64,000 bases of DNA from Octopus sinensis (taxonomy: Eukaryota). Below are positions 39,233 to 52,729 of the stretch, in pieces. Position numbers and translations under genes: made by a program. The notes beneath the pieces are model-generated. The model was not told where the DNA came from. It did no database searches and saw nothing but the letters and a program-made list of their open reading frames with translations. The stretch covers positions 42,594,001-42,658,000 of the forward strand of contig NC_043009.1 in the NCBI RefSeq assembly GCF_006345805.1. The letters run 5' to 3'. Within the stretch, counting starts at the first letter, position 1, and each line of letters begins with the position of its first letter.

Positions 39233-40077
39233 CAATGGTGGTCCTCAGCCAGGGTGCATACAATCCCTTGGATCCTCATGCCCTTGGGGGTCCATATAAG
39301 ATTTCGTTTTTTAAAATTAATGTACTATAAATCAGTTATACTTCTACAATGCACAACATATTGTAACAAGTTCTTATAAATTTCCTAATAATATTTCGTT
39401 ATAAAAATATAATTGGATCTTTTAAACATGGATCAGTTATGAGTATCTATTGGGTTGCCTGGAAAGTTCATGCCGATTTATAGTAGCTTACATTTCGACT
39501 TAGTTTAGAACATGGTTGAGTGCATAAAATAGGATTTGACTACACCTCTATTTAGAGCCCAGTTTAAGCTGTCTTTTCGTGGAAGAAGGTTTATGTTCCT
39601 ATAACCAGTGTTAATTCTGTAACCTTTTAAAATGGAAGATAAGAAAGTCCATTTTCGGCTCTTGATGCTTTGGGAACCAGACAAAAATTGCTGCAGCTTG
39701 GCTGGGATGTGTTACCCTACTCTCCATATTCACCAGATATTGCTCCTTCGGATTTCCACTTATTCAGGTCTCTGCAGAATAGTCTTAATGGTAAAAATTT
39801 CAATTCCTTGGATGACGTAAAAAGATACCTTGATGAATGAATTCTTTGCCATGAAACAACCTCAATTCTGGGAAGAAGGTATTTTCAAGTTAAAGGAAAG
39901 ATGGAGACACATTGTGCAACAAAATGGTTCACATTTGGTTGATTAAAAATCTAATGGCAAGTACTTATTAACCTTTTTCTTTCCTTTAAAAACCGACACA
40001 AACTTTCCGGACAACCCAATAGTAAGGTAAATGCGAATCAAAGGGGTCCTCTGGCAAAAAATAGTTGAGACCCACTG
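39233..40077. mobile_element. hAT-type MITE hosting a mariner insertion
   Basis: Termini caatggtggtcctcag / ttgagacccactg; imperfect 8-bp TSD atcaagaa/atctagag. Confidence 0.55.
39450..40019 (+). mobile_element. Internally deleted mariner, second copy
   Basis: Same TIR family, TA TSDs and same deletion junction (ctttgggaaccagac) as 20379-20944. Confidence 0.95.
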
Positions 40078-40452
40078 ATCTAGAGAAACCAATAATCGAG
40101 TTTTTTTCATCAAGTGTCTCAGTTGGACGAGAATTTTTTTATACAATTCCTTATGATATTTCATTATAGAAATATAATAGGATGTTTGAAACACACACTG
40201 ATAATGATGCTTTCAAGTGTCTATATGTAGATATCTGTAGACATCTGGACATACTTGCGCACACTCACACACATTTACATACATACCTACATATAAATAT
40301 TTGTGCATGTGTATGTGTGTATATATATACTTACACTTGTGTCAATACATAGAATCATGCATATGCAAAAATTTGTGCAATTACACTTATGAAGACATAT
40401 TTGCATATGAAGAATGCCGTGGTGCATGATTTGTGTGTATGCCTTTATGTTT

Positions 40453-40483
<31 letters not shown>

Positions 40484-42254
40484 GTATGTAGAAAGAGAGA
40501 GAGAGAAAGTTATGTATGTTTGAGTATATATCTTTAAACATGCAGAAAAACTATTTCATGTTCATATGTCAATCTTTAAGTTCATATCATATGTTTGTAT
40601 GATTTTTACATTGGTTTGTGAGTGTGTTTTTTGCAATCACTCTTTCCAATATTCTCTCTATCTCTGTTTACCTCACTCGCTCTCTCTTTTTCTCTCTCTT
40701 CATCTCCCTCTCCTCATACATTTCAGTAACTCACTCTATATATATGTGTGTTTGTGTGTATGCGTCATCATGTATATGTCATTGTGAAGTAGTGTGGAAG
40801 AGAGTTTCACTAATGATGGTTAATATCAGTTATTTAGAAAACATTAAACAAAGTTATTAAACAAAAACAATTCTTATAATTCTAGAACATTTCTTTGTTT
40901 CATGGGTTTTTTTTTTCTTTCTTTTATTCATTTCTTCATATGTTTCTTTTTTTTTTTTTTTTTTCCTTTACCCTTAAGTTACTGAAGACAACCAGCAGTT
41001 GGCAGTATCTTATAGCCTACGGCTTTCACAAACGGTGTTTTTGTTGTTTGTTTTGCTTTGTTTTTGTTTTTTTTTTTGTTTTTTTCTGATTTTTATATGC
41101 CATATTGTATTTCCTTACAATGAGACAAGAAGATCAGCCAAAAGCATGGCCGATTGCTTCAAACAGTAAATGAAGCTTCCAACGGAGACCTTCCGACTAT
41201 AATGGTAATGACAATGCCTCGCAACTCTCATCTGCTTCTGTACAAGAACGACAGACAAGACAGTGTGATCTGGAATGAACTACACATAAATACATCCATG
41301 CATATACATACATATACATCCATACATAAATATATACATAAATATATATATATATATATACATATCTATATTCATATTTATATATATTTACATATATATA
41401 AGTATTTATATGTATATGTACATATATATATATATACATATGGATGTATATGTGAAATGTCTTTTGAAGGATCAACAGAGATTAAATAATACATTTATTT
41501 TTTATATTTTTGAAGAGAAAAGAATGAAAATTATCAGTTACAACTTTTTTAATCATTCTTCTTTCATTTGTAAAGTTTCATCTTCCATTTTTTCTTCATC
41601 TTCTTCTTCGTTTTTTTTTCTTTTTCACATAGCTTCATCTTACACAATTAGTCTACTTTTGTAATTCTTACTGAAAATATCTCCTGGTTAAAGACAGTTA
41701 TGGTAGCTTAATTGTTGCTAGGAAGATATCTCTGGCTATTGCCATATATATTTAATGTCATCCTTTTATTATTCTTCGTTATGTCAAAGAATCATCATTA
41801 TTTTTCTTTCTTTCTCTCAATTATTTCTGTTTCATCTCTTCCTAAAGCCAACTATATTTTTGTAATATCGCAGACAGAACAATATTTTTTTCTAGTTTAT
41901 AACTAACTTACTCTTGTTTACTTTTCAATCTCTTTTCTCTTCAAATAATCCCAACAAAGATTTTCATTGTAATTTTCTTTATATATTTTATTTTATCTCA
42001 TAGTTCTATACTTTTTGTTTTCTTTTTGTCTTTGACATCTGCCAAAAATCGAAAAGTCAAGTGAAGTTTATCAATAAACATTGGATGTCAAGAATTATTA
42101 CCATTTCATTGTTTGGTCATTTTGTTAACATTCATAGCGTAATAATAATGACAATAATAAAAAAAAAAAAATAATAATAATAATAAATAGAAACAAAAAG
42201 ATGCTGACAGTATTTTGTGTCTCTTGTTGTTGTTATATTGGATAAGAAGGATTG

Positions 42255-42700
42255 CAATGACAATGATGGTGGTGGTGATGATGATGATGATGATGATGAT
42301 GATGTTGATGGTGGTGGTGATAACGGGAGTGAGGATGAGTATTATTATCTGTAAAATCACCATCATTATCATCTTCAATGTCATTTTCAATATCATCTTC
42401 AATATCATCATCATCATCATCCCAATCATCAATATCATTCATCATCATCTTTATCATCAGTGTCATCTTCATCACCATTACCATCATCATCATCATCATC
42501 ATCATCATCTTTATCATCATGCCGTTGTCGTTGTCACCATCGCCATTATCATCATCAACATCATCGTCAGATCCTCATCACCATCATCATCGACCTCATT
42601 GTCATTGTCGGTGTCAGCATCATCATCATAATCATCATCAGCAACAGCAGCAACAACAACAACAGCAGCAACAGCAGCTGCAGTAGCAATAGCAGCCTTA
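42255..42700. repeat. (ATG)n, (CAT)n and (CAG/CAA)n microsatellite block
   Basis: Read directly from sequence. Confidence 0.9.
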
Positions 42701-42931
42701 CTATTATATTATACTATACACTAAATATATATATATATATCACCACTTTCTGCTTTATATACCTCAAGCAACATCCCAGTTACAAAGTTGCTTTCTTATC
42801 CACTCATCCACTCACCCACTTTCCTCCTTCTCCTTTTATATTCATATTGACAATGGCCCTCCATCAGATCTTGATCAACCTGTTCCTCACCAGAAACCAA
42901 CGGTTTACTTGTTTTCGTGTATCAGCTTTCC

Positions 42932-43092
42932 TTATTTCTTTATTGCCCACAAGGGGCCAAACATAGAGGGGACAAACAAGGACAGACAAACGGATTAAGT
43001 CGATTACATCAACCCCAATGCATAACTGGTACCTAATTTATCGACCCCGAAAGGATGAAAGGCAAAGTCGACCTTGGCGGAATTGAACTCAG
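42932..43092 (-). mobile_element. 5'-truncated SINE family B (T2) with 21-bp TSD
   Basis: gttttcRtRtatcagctttcc at 42911-42931 and 43093-43113 (19/21 identical). Confidence 0.85.
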
Positions 43093-43399
43093 GTTTTCAT
43101 ATATCAGCTTTCCTGCTTATGTATTTGTCAGAAAACAAAACCATTTTTCTTCTTTTTATTCTTTTCCTTTTTTGAGTCTGTAGTCAATAAAATTAAGTTC
43201 AAAGAATTTTTTCTCTCACCCTATACACTACATTGTTTCATATTCTACTCCCTAGTAATTATTAGTGTCACTTAACTCTTTTGATACCAAGTCACCTTAA
43301 ACCATTTAAGATTCTATGATCAAATTTCCTGCTTTAAAATTGTCTAAATTAAAATCTTTCATTAAAATTTCAAGAAAATCTGCAAAAACCTGCTGAAAT

Positions 43400-44450
43400 A
43401 ATCTTTTCTACTTTAGGCACAAGACCAGCAAATTTTGTTGGGAGATGGTGAGTCAATTACAACAACTCCAGTGTTCAACTGGTACTTATTTTATCAACCC
43501 TGAAAGGATAAAAGGCAAAGTTGACCTCAGCAGAATTTGAACTCAGAACATAAAGATAGACAGAATGTCGCTAAGCATTTTGCTCAACATGCTAACGATT
43601 CTGCCAACTCACTGCCATTACTTGCTTAAATAGTGACAATAATTGCTTCATTATTTTCAAAAGTGATTGAAATGAAAACAGTTGTATAGTTCTATATTTA
43701 AGAGATGAGGAATTATGTACATTATTTACACGGGCATATGGTGAACCCTTAGTTCCAAGTTTAATTCCAAGCAGTAGGCTCTTTAACTCTTTTACTTGTT
43801 TCAGTCATTTGACTGCAGCCATGCTGGAGCACCGCCTTTAGTCAAGCAAATCAACCCCAAGACTTATTCTTTGGAAGCCTAGTACTTATTCTATCAGTAT
43901 CTGTTGCCGAACCGCTAAGTTACGGGGACGTAAACACACCACCATCAGTTGTCAAGTGCTGTTGGGGGGACAGGCACAGACACACAAACATATACACACA
44001 CATACAAATATATACATATATACGACAGGTGTCTTTCAGTTTCCATCTACCAAATCCACTCACAAGGCTTTGGTCAGCCAAGGCTATAGAAGACACTTGC
44101 CCAAGGTGTCACGCAGTGGGACTGAACCCAGAACCATGTGGTTGGTAAGCAAGCTATTTACCACACAGCCACTCCTGCACCTACAATGACAATGGTGGCA
44201 ATGTGGAGGCGCATAGCTTAGTGGTTAGGGTGTCAGCACCATGATCGTAAGATTGTGGTTTCGATTCCTGGACCGGGCAACACGTTGTGTTCTTGAGCAA
44301 AACACTTCATTTCACATTACTCCAGTCCACTCAGCTGGCAAAAATGAGTAATGCTGTGATGGACTGGCGTCCCGCTCAGCAAGGGAACACATACACCATT
44401 GAAACTGGAAAAATGGGCCCATGAGCCTGACTAGGCTTTAAAAGGGCGCA
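43400..44450. mobile_element. SINE cluster: family B (43400-43618, minus), A (43786-44182, minus), C (44203-44450, plus)
   Basis: Matches to other copies in the window; A/B boxes present. Confidence 0.8.
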
Positions 44451-45360
44451 AAAAAAGAAGATGGCAATGTTGTTGACGATGATATGGATGATAATGAAGA
44501 TGATGATGATGATTAAAAGTCAATGATGATGATGATAATGACTGTGACAAGGATGATAATGTTAATAATAACAATGATGATGTCAATGAGGCTGATGGGG
44601 ATGACGATGATGATGATGAGAACGATGACAACAATGATGACAACAACGATGTAATGATGACAATGATAATGGTTAGGATGATGGTTCTAATCAATAAAAA
44701 TAGGAGATAGGAATAAGAACTGGTAATAAGTCTTGTGACTGAAACCAATCACAAGAATTCCAAAATAGCTAAACAAAAATAGTTCACACAAAAACAATAC
44801 ATACAAAAATAGTTAATACCAACACACACTGAAAACCACCACAATTACTATGACATTATAAAATCTCAGTTTCTAACCTCTTTCACATCACCGCTGGTCA
44901 TTTTGCTCAACCGTATTTCCTGAAATGCGATGAAAGGAGGAAATTTTCATTTGCATTGACCTTGTACCATTTTCAACCTCATCACAGACAATTCTAAGAA
45001 GGTCATGAAAATAAAGATTCATTGCAAAGTATTTCTAAGATTTTGTCTTCTAATCTGAATATAAATGGTAAGAATCATGAATAAATTCATTGTAATCATG
45101 TCTTTCCCATGATTGTAACTAGAGGAGTTTAGAGGACAGGTTCAGATTAATGTTGCTTAAGTTGTCCTCTGGTGAAGACATACGTACAAGTGAATTCCCT
45201 ACCACCTAGAGATTGAGGGACATTTCTATGGATGTTTATGAATAAATGTGTCTGCATGCCTGCATTGATGTACCTATGTATGTATGTATGTATGTATGTA
45301 TGTATGTATGTATGTATGTATGTATGTATGTATGTATGTATGTATGTGTAAATATATATG

Positions 45361-45418
<58 letters not shown>

Positions 45419-45534
45419 ATATGTACACATAAATATATGGATGGTTGTATATCTATAGATATAGATATATAGATATATATATAGATGTGTGTATGTGCAT
45501 CTGTGTATGTGTAAATGTATACATATGCACACAT

Positions 45535-45587
<53 letters not shown>

Positions 45588-45702
45588 CATCAAAATTTGT
45601 ATCATAATATCTGTTTATCCTTTACATCATCATTGTTTATATAGATATATTCATCCATATACATACATACATATATATAGATATCGATACATGTGTGTGA
45701 AC

Positions 45703-45735
<33 letters not shown>

Positions 45736-46361
45736 GTGCATGCACTCATACACATGCACACACTTACATATGTGTGTGTATATATGTATATATGTGTATG
45801 TATATATATATATATATTTGTATATTTATATATCTATATATACGGACATAGGCATGTGTGTGTATGCTATATATACATTTGTTTTCTTCATATATACTTG
45901 CGTATGAGTCTATATGTGCATGTATATATCTGTATATGATTTAATGTATACATTTATGTGTGTGTGCATGTGTGTTGTGTGTGTGTGTGTATGTTTATGT
46001 GTATGCTTATACACATGCATGTGGGTTGCGTTGTTGTCATTGTTGTTGACAAAAGCTTCCCCATGTCCATCTTCCTCTGCAAATCCACATCACAACAGCT
46101 GGTGTTATGCACAAAAACTGAAAGATGTATCTGATGAGGATGACAACAACACAGACAGAGTCTTTGCTTTTCAACTTTATTGTCAGTCAGGCAATTCATT
46201 GAATATAAGTAATACGATTTATATCATTGTGTCAGTGCTCACTTCATAGAAAGAAACCGATATATATATATATATAATATATCATCATCATCATCATCAT
46301 CATCGTTTAACGTCCGCTTTCCATGCTAGCATGGGTTGGACGGTTCAACTATATATATATA

Positions 46362-46406
<45 letters not shown>

Positions 46407-46654
46407 TTTGTGTTTAATTGTGTGTATGTATGTGTGTGTGCCGGTGATATATGCATCTATACACACACATGCACATATAAAGCATGTATGTATGTAATGT
46501 AAAGATATATGTATATGTGTATATATATGTGTGTGACTGTGTGTATGTATATTTATATATACATACACACATGCATATATATACAGCCACGTACACACAC
46601 ATATACAAACACATATGTATACATACATATATATATATATATATATACACACAC

Positions 46655-46690
<36 letters not shown>

Positions 46691-47312
46691 TTATATATAT
46701 ATAGACACACACACACACAAATATATATGCATGTATATGTATATATGTGTATGTAAGGCTTTGTAAAGGTGAAAGAAAGAGAGAAAGTGAGAGAGTGTCA
46801 GTGAGAAGCAGATTACAGTGAGACACTAAAGAGACGCAGCAAGAGAACAACTATGCGATTAGTTGCAAAGCCTCTGGCTATAGCAATCAGCCCCAACATT
46901 TCGAAAGAGTTTTCCAAGTCCTGCCTGAAGACATTTTCAAGGACTTGGCAGGTCATCAGTGGTCCTTGTGTGTCCTTTGACAACATGCTGTCTATAATGT
47001 CATCGGAGAAGAATGGTTTCTGCTGATGTTCTGCAGAAAACGATGATATTGACGAGAGCAATAACTGCCGGCTTGAGATAACCGCAAAGAAATTCAGGTT
47101 ATTTTAAACTGATGTTAAACTATTTCGGTTGTTTTTAATGGAAGCAACAGGTATTTTGAGGTTAAAGAACCCGTAACAAAGAGAAGAAAGAAAGGAAATG
47201 GAGGAGAAAAAGGAAGAGGAAAAGATGGGAAGGAAGATGGAAAAAATGTAAAAGACAGTGATAGAACAAGACAAGTGTATGAGGATATATAGATATATGT
47301 GCATAAGCTATG

Positions 47313-47346
<34 letters not shown>

Positions 47347-47516
47347 GTGTATGTACATATACGTATATGCACGCACACACCTTATATGTGTGTGTAGTGT
47401 GAAATGGAAGAAACAAGAGATATTTAAATATAGCACATATACTCACATACCCATACACATATATACACTTATACACACACACATACACATGCACAAATAC
47501 ACTCACATATATATAT

Positions 47517-47558
<42 letters not shown>

Positions 47559-48140
47559 GAATTGGTATATTAGCTCTGAGGAAGGAAGTGATATATTTTG
47601 AATGAAAGATTTTATTTGAATAAGAGTATATTTTTTTTCAAACTTATTTTATTTTCATTTTATTTCTTTTTTAAAGAGAATAGTTTCTGTTACTCTATGA
47701 GGTTGCTTCCAGTCTTTCAATGATATACAGGACAAAAAACTTTATTTTTTTAAATAAAACTAATTCTTTTTTTTATTATTATCATTATTATTATTTTTCA
47801 TCAATACCAATATCTATGTGGATTTCTTATTGAGAATTTCATCTTATTTTTTGTGTATTTTATATATTCATTGTTTGCCATTTAATTTTCAAAGAATTTT
47901 GTTGGTTATTTCAAAAAACAAATGTCTTTTCTTCAGGAACTGAATGCCTTTTCTACTGCTGCTAATGATTCTTGCAAGGAAACAAAAATAGAGTAAAACT
48001 TATTGTTTATTTGACACAACATATAAAAGAATGACTGTTGGAAAAAAACTGTTATACTGGGTAACGTGTTTTGTATAATTCTCACACCACTTGAAAATGA
48101 TTCACCTAAACTTTCTCTCTCTCTCTTTCCATAATATATA

Positions 48141-49185
48141 TTCTTTTCTATTCTAGGCACAAGGCCCGAAATTTTTGACAAGGCAGCCAGTCTATTAGAT
48201 CGACATCAGTACGCAACTGGTACTTAATTTATCAACCCCAAAAGGATAAAAGGCAAAGTTGACCTTGGTGGAATGTGAACTCAGAAGGTAAAGACAGGCG
48301 AAATACCACTAAGCCTTTTCCCTGGTGTGCTTATGTTTCTGCCAGCTCGCCACCTTCACCATAAAATATATTATATTTCATGTAAGTGCAGACATGGCTC
48401 TGTGGTTAAAATACTCTCTTCACAATCACATAGTGTCAGGTTCAGCCCCACTACATAACAACTTAAGCAAGTGTATTCTGCTATGGGTCCAGACTAACCA
48501 ATGTCCTGAGAAGGAATTTGAGAGACAGAAATTGTGCAAAGACCATCGTACAGACATGTACACACATACACACACATGTATACACATGTTCACTTGCCCA
48601 TCTTCCTTCTAAGGTCAAATAATGTGATCTAAGTTTCTACATTCCTATTGGCAACTAACCCTGGTTTCTTATCTCTGCCAATTAACATTTGTGATTCGGG
48701 AGGGCCCAAATTCTCACACGACATTGAAAGTTTAATGTGCTTACCCATAAAGGATGAAACCTAAACAGCACAGGAGTAGCTGTGTGGTAAGAGGCTTGTT
48801 TACCAACCACATGGTTCCGAGTTCAGTCCCACTGCGTGGCACCTTGGGCAAATGTCTTCTACTATAGCCTCGGGCCAACCAAAGCCTTGTGAGTGGATTT
48901 GGTAGATGGAAACTGAAAGAAGCCCGTCGTATATATATATATGTATATATATATGTGTGCGTGTATGTTTGTGTGTCTGTGTTGTCCCCCTAGCATTGCT
49001 TGACAACCGATGCTGGTGTCTTTGTGTCCCCGTCACTTAGCGGTTCGGCAAAAGAGACCGATAGAATAAGTACTGGGCTTACAAAGAATAAGTCCCGGGG
49101 TCGAGTTGCTCGATTAAATGTGGTGCTCCAGCATGGCCACAGTCAAATGACTGAAACAAGTAAAAGAGAAAAGAGAGAAAGAGTA
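48141..49185. mobile_element. SINE cluster: family B (48141-48356, minus), degenerate A (~48383-48560, plus), A (48767-49185, plus)
   Basis: Matches to other copies in the window. Confidence 0.8.
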
Positions 49186-49584
49186 AAATTATCATACTCT
49201 GAGTGCATTCACTCCTGCTTATACGTGCATGTGGGTTGCGCATTTAAATATGTATGAATATATTTCTATGTATATTTATATAGTTATTGCCAGCTAACAT
49301 GGCAGTCCAGAAAAATAGGACAAATGCTGCCGTTGATTAGCTCCAAGAGGTCATCACCTCTAGCTAGCTATGTGATACACAAACCTGTGTCCATTACAAC
49401 CTTCAAAGGTTCACTAAAAACACATTCAGCCATTGCTCTGTACATGTTTCATTAGCTAGAAGATTATTAACTTGCAACGAAACAGGTGAGGGTCAGTGAC
49501 AGGTAAAGCACCCGTCTGTAAAATATTTGTCTCAAGAAATTTCTTCTGACCTATGGAAGCAAAATAAAAGTAGATGCTAAAACA

Positions 49585-49868
49585 ATAATGATGATAGTGA
49601 CGATGATGATTATGAAGACAACAATGACGATGATGATGATGATGATGATGATGATAACAATGATGATGGTGATGGTGATGATTATGATTATGAGGACAAC
49701 AACAATGAGGATGATAACAACGACAACGATGATGACAATAATGATGATGATGGTGATGATTATGATGATGCTGACAATGATGATGATGATATCGACAACA
49801 ATGATGTTGATGCCGATAGTGATGGCAATGATTATGACAATGACAACAACATTGATGTCAACCATGGC

Positions 49869-49911
<43 letters not shown>

Positions 49912-50047
49912 GTGATGATTATGATGCTGCTGACAATGATGATGATGATATCGGCAACAATGATGATGATGTCGATGGTGAAGGCAATGATTATGACAAT
50001 GACAACAATACTGATGACAACCATGGTGATGATGATGATGATGATGA
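49585..50047. repeat. Degenerate (ATG)n tract following an RTE-type SINE 3' end
   Basis: Preceded by gtgacaggtaaagcacccgtctgtaaaa...gtagatgctaaaa, a diverged form of the RTE-type tail. Confidence 0.8.
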
Positions 50048-52045
50048 TACCATCTTCACATTATTTTGGACATGACACTGATGAATTCTGATATGAAGGT
50101 TGCCAAAACTGAGATGGCTATCGAGAACTCGACAAAGATATCAAAATATTTAAGGCTCAGCGTAAAATTTCTTGTTGACTTTTCATATTTATCACACTTT
50201 GACAGGATGTCAATAACAATTAGAGTAGTGACTGTTTTGACAGATTTGTAGCCGATGGAGAAAAATGGAGTGAGTTATTATAGCAAGTGAGAGATAAAGA
50301 AGTCGGTGGGGAAGAAAATGAGAATGTGAAATAAAACAATAAGGAAGGGAACGAAAAAGATTATTTTGGATATAAAAGAAAATAATTTACTGATAGAATG
50401 GATGAGAGAAAAATAGATGAAGACTAGAGAATGAGAGGACATTTATACATATGTATATATATATTTATGTGTATGTGTGTGTATACAATGATTACTGACA
50501 GGGGGAGAAATAATATGAAAAATGACCATTTTTGTTTTGTGTACAAATAATACTTTGAGGAAAACTTTGTTGTAATGGTCCTTAAAACTACAATATTTTT
50601 CAGTATCTGAAATATTTCATCTGACAAGAAAATTAACCCAGTCTGAACATTTTTTTTCTTTTGAATTCCATAAAACTAAAACTATTCAGAACTTTTCCCC
50701 AGGAATATATTTTCTTCAACCATATTCCGGAACTTCATTATCATCTTCTGTATATTTCTTTTGTTTCTCAATATACTGCCCTCCCTTAGTCAAGCAAAGT
50801 TGAATATACTGAGCTGAAGAGTTCTAATAAAAGTGAAACATGCCCATTACTTTTACCAATTCATTTTAAAGACCAGATCTGGTCCAATCTACAATCTCTG
50901 TGTCATCTAAAAATTTCAATCAATTGATCTTAATGAAGTTATTTCCCTTTCTTGCAGGTTAGATTTTCCAACACACCCGAAGGGAAGCTTTTCTTTACTA
51001 ATGGTTCTTTTCTTTTTTATCTTGTCTCAATGATTCAACTATGGTCAAACTGGGACACACCTTTGAAGGGTTTAGTCAAACAAACTAACACCAGTACTTA
51101 TTTTTCAAGCTTAGTTCTCATTCTAAAGGTCTCTTTTGCAAAATACTAATCTACAGTGTCATAAACTAACCAACCTTGCTTGTCAGATGGTGAGAGAGGG
51201 AGGTCAAACACAATATAAACCCAAAGACATACACACATATCCACCCATAGACAAGCACACATACATATTCATACATAGACAAACATACACATACATAATT
51301 GACAAGCTTCAACACAGTCCCCATTTGTCAAATTTACTCACAAGACCTGGGGCTATAGTAAAAGACACTTGCATAAGATGCTGCATAGTGGAACTGAACC
51401 CAAACCATTTGGTTGCAAAGCAAGCTTCTTAACCACACAGCCGTATCTGTCTCAGGTAATCATAGTTTTTCAACTCCTTATGTTATATATGTGAAACCCT
51501 AAAACCTTACTATATTTGTATTTGGAATTCAGAATGCTTCTCTGAGATATTTGGGGCTCCAAAATATTTTTGATAAGTTTTCACAGTCCTACATTATATA
51601 TTGTATTTGATCTGGAGAACAGAAAATCTTTAACCCTGACTAATTTCCTTTACAGATTCTCTAGGATTATCAGATTAAACTGGCTTATATTTGATTGACC
51701 CAGTCATGATTTTCTCACATTGCATTTTGTAGGGCCAGCTGAATTATGTCTCATGTCCATACTGTGCTGGTCATTGAAATTTTCTTTTTGGTAGACTACC
51801 AAGCCATGTATGTCCATGTCAAGGTGTCCATTGCAGTGTAATGCTAACGAGCTCTTGCTTACATTTCCAGAAGCATCCTGTGAAATGTATGCATCTTTTT
51901 CTAATAGTGTTGAGTATTCTCAGAAGGCTGCTACTCAGAATGGCTCACATCATATGCTGGCAGAAATAAAACATCTACTACTCAAAACCTGAAATTGATG
52001 GCCTTGTGCCAAAATTTAAAATCACCATCCTTATTATTATTATTT

Positions 52046-52269
52046 TATTGTCTTTGCCCAGCTTCTAATGCTGGAGATGTACTACTGCGTCAGTTGTTCA
52101 CTACCAGTGAACTAAGGTAACACCCCCTTATTTTTCAAGCACCATCTTTTTCAAGTATTCAAGCAGTTCCAAGCAGTACTGTTTTCTGCAATTGCTCCAT
52201 CCTTATTGCAACCCCTATTTGTTCCATGTACTTCTCAAGGTTTTTACTCACTATTCCCAGGGCTCTGAC

Positions 52270-52271
<2 letters not shown>
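52046..52271 (-). mobile_element. Short 5'-truncated R4/Dong-like 3' end inside (TAA)n
   Basis: VRALGIVSKNLEKYMEQIGVAIRMEQLQKTVLLGTA (Dong/R4-type C-terminus); (TTA)n on both sides. Confidence 0.75.
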
Positions 52272-52363
<92 letters not shown>

Positions 52364-52729
52364 GAGAGAGCAGTGTATGCCATCAAAGTGACACTGGGGT
52401 AAAATAAAAAAGCCCAGTATACTCATCATGAATACCCATCTGATAAGGGTACACTAGACACATGCATCACAATCATATGTGCACGATATGGGGATCTTAT
52501 ATCAAGATAGACAGTGTGATGACCTTACAGGTGGTGCCCAGTTTTCTTTATAGATTCTCTAGGATTATCAGATTAAGCTGGCTTATATTTGAATGCCTTT
52601 CATCCTTCTGGGGTTGATAAATTAAGTACCAGTCAAGTACCAGAGTTGATGTGATTGATTTAGCCCCTCCCCACAAATTTCAGGCCTTGTGTCTGTAGTA
52701 GAAAGAATTATTATTATCATTATTATTAT

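Noticed and set aside
44880-45120. Enhancer-like island with octamer (atttgcat) and tgacct motifs
   Set aside because: Short motifs are expected by chance in AT-rich DNA, and there is no independent support.
50046-50270. Candidate coding exon
   Set aside because: No frame is consistent with plausible splice sites and the peptide is not recognisable.
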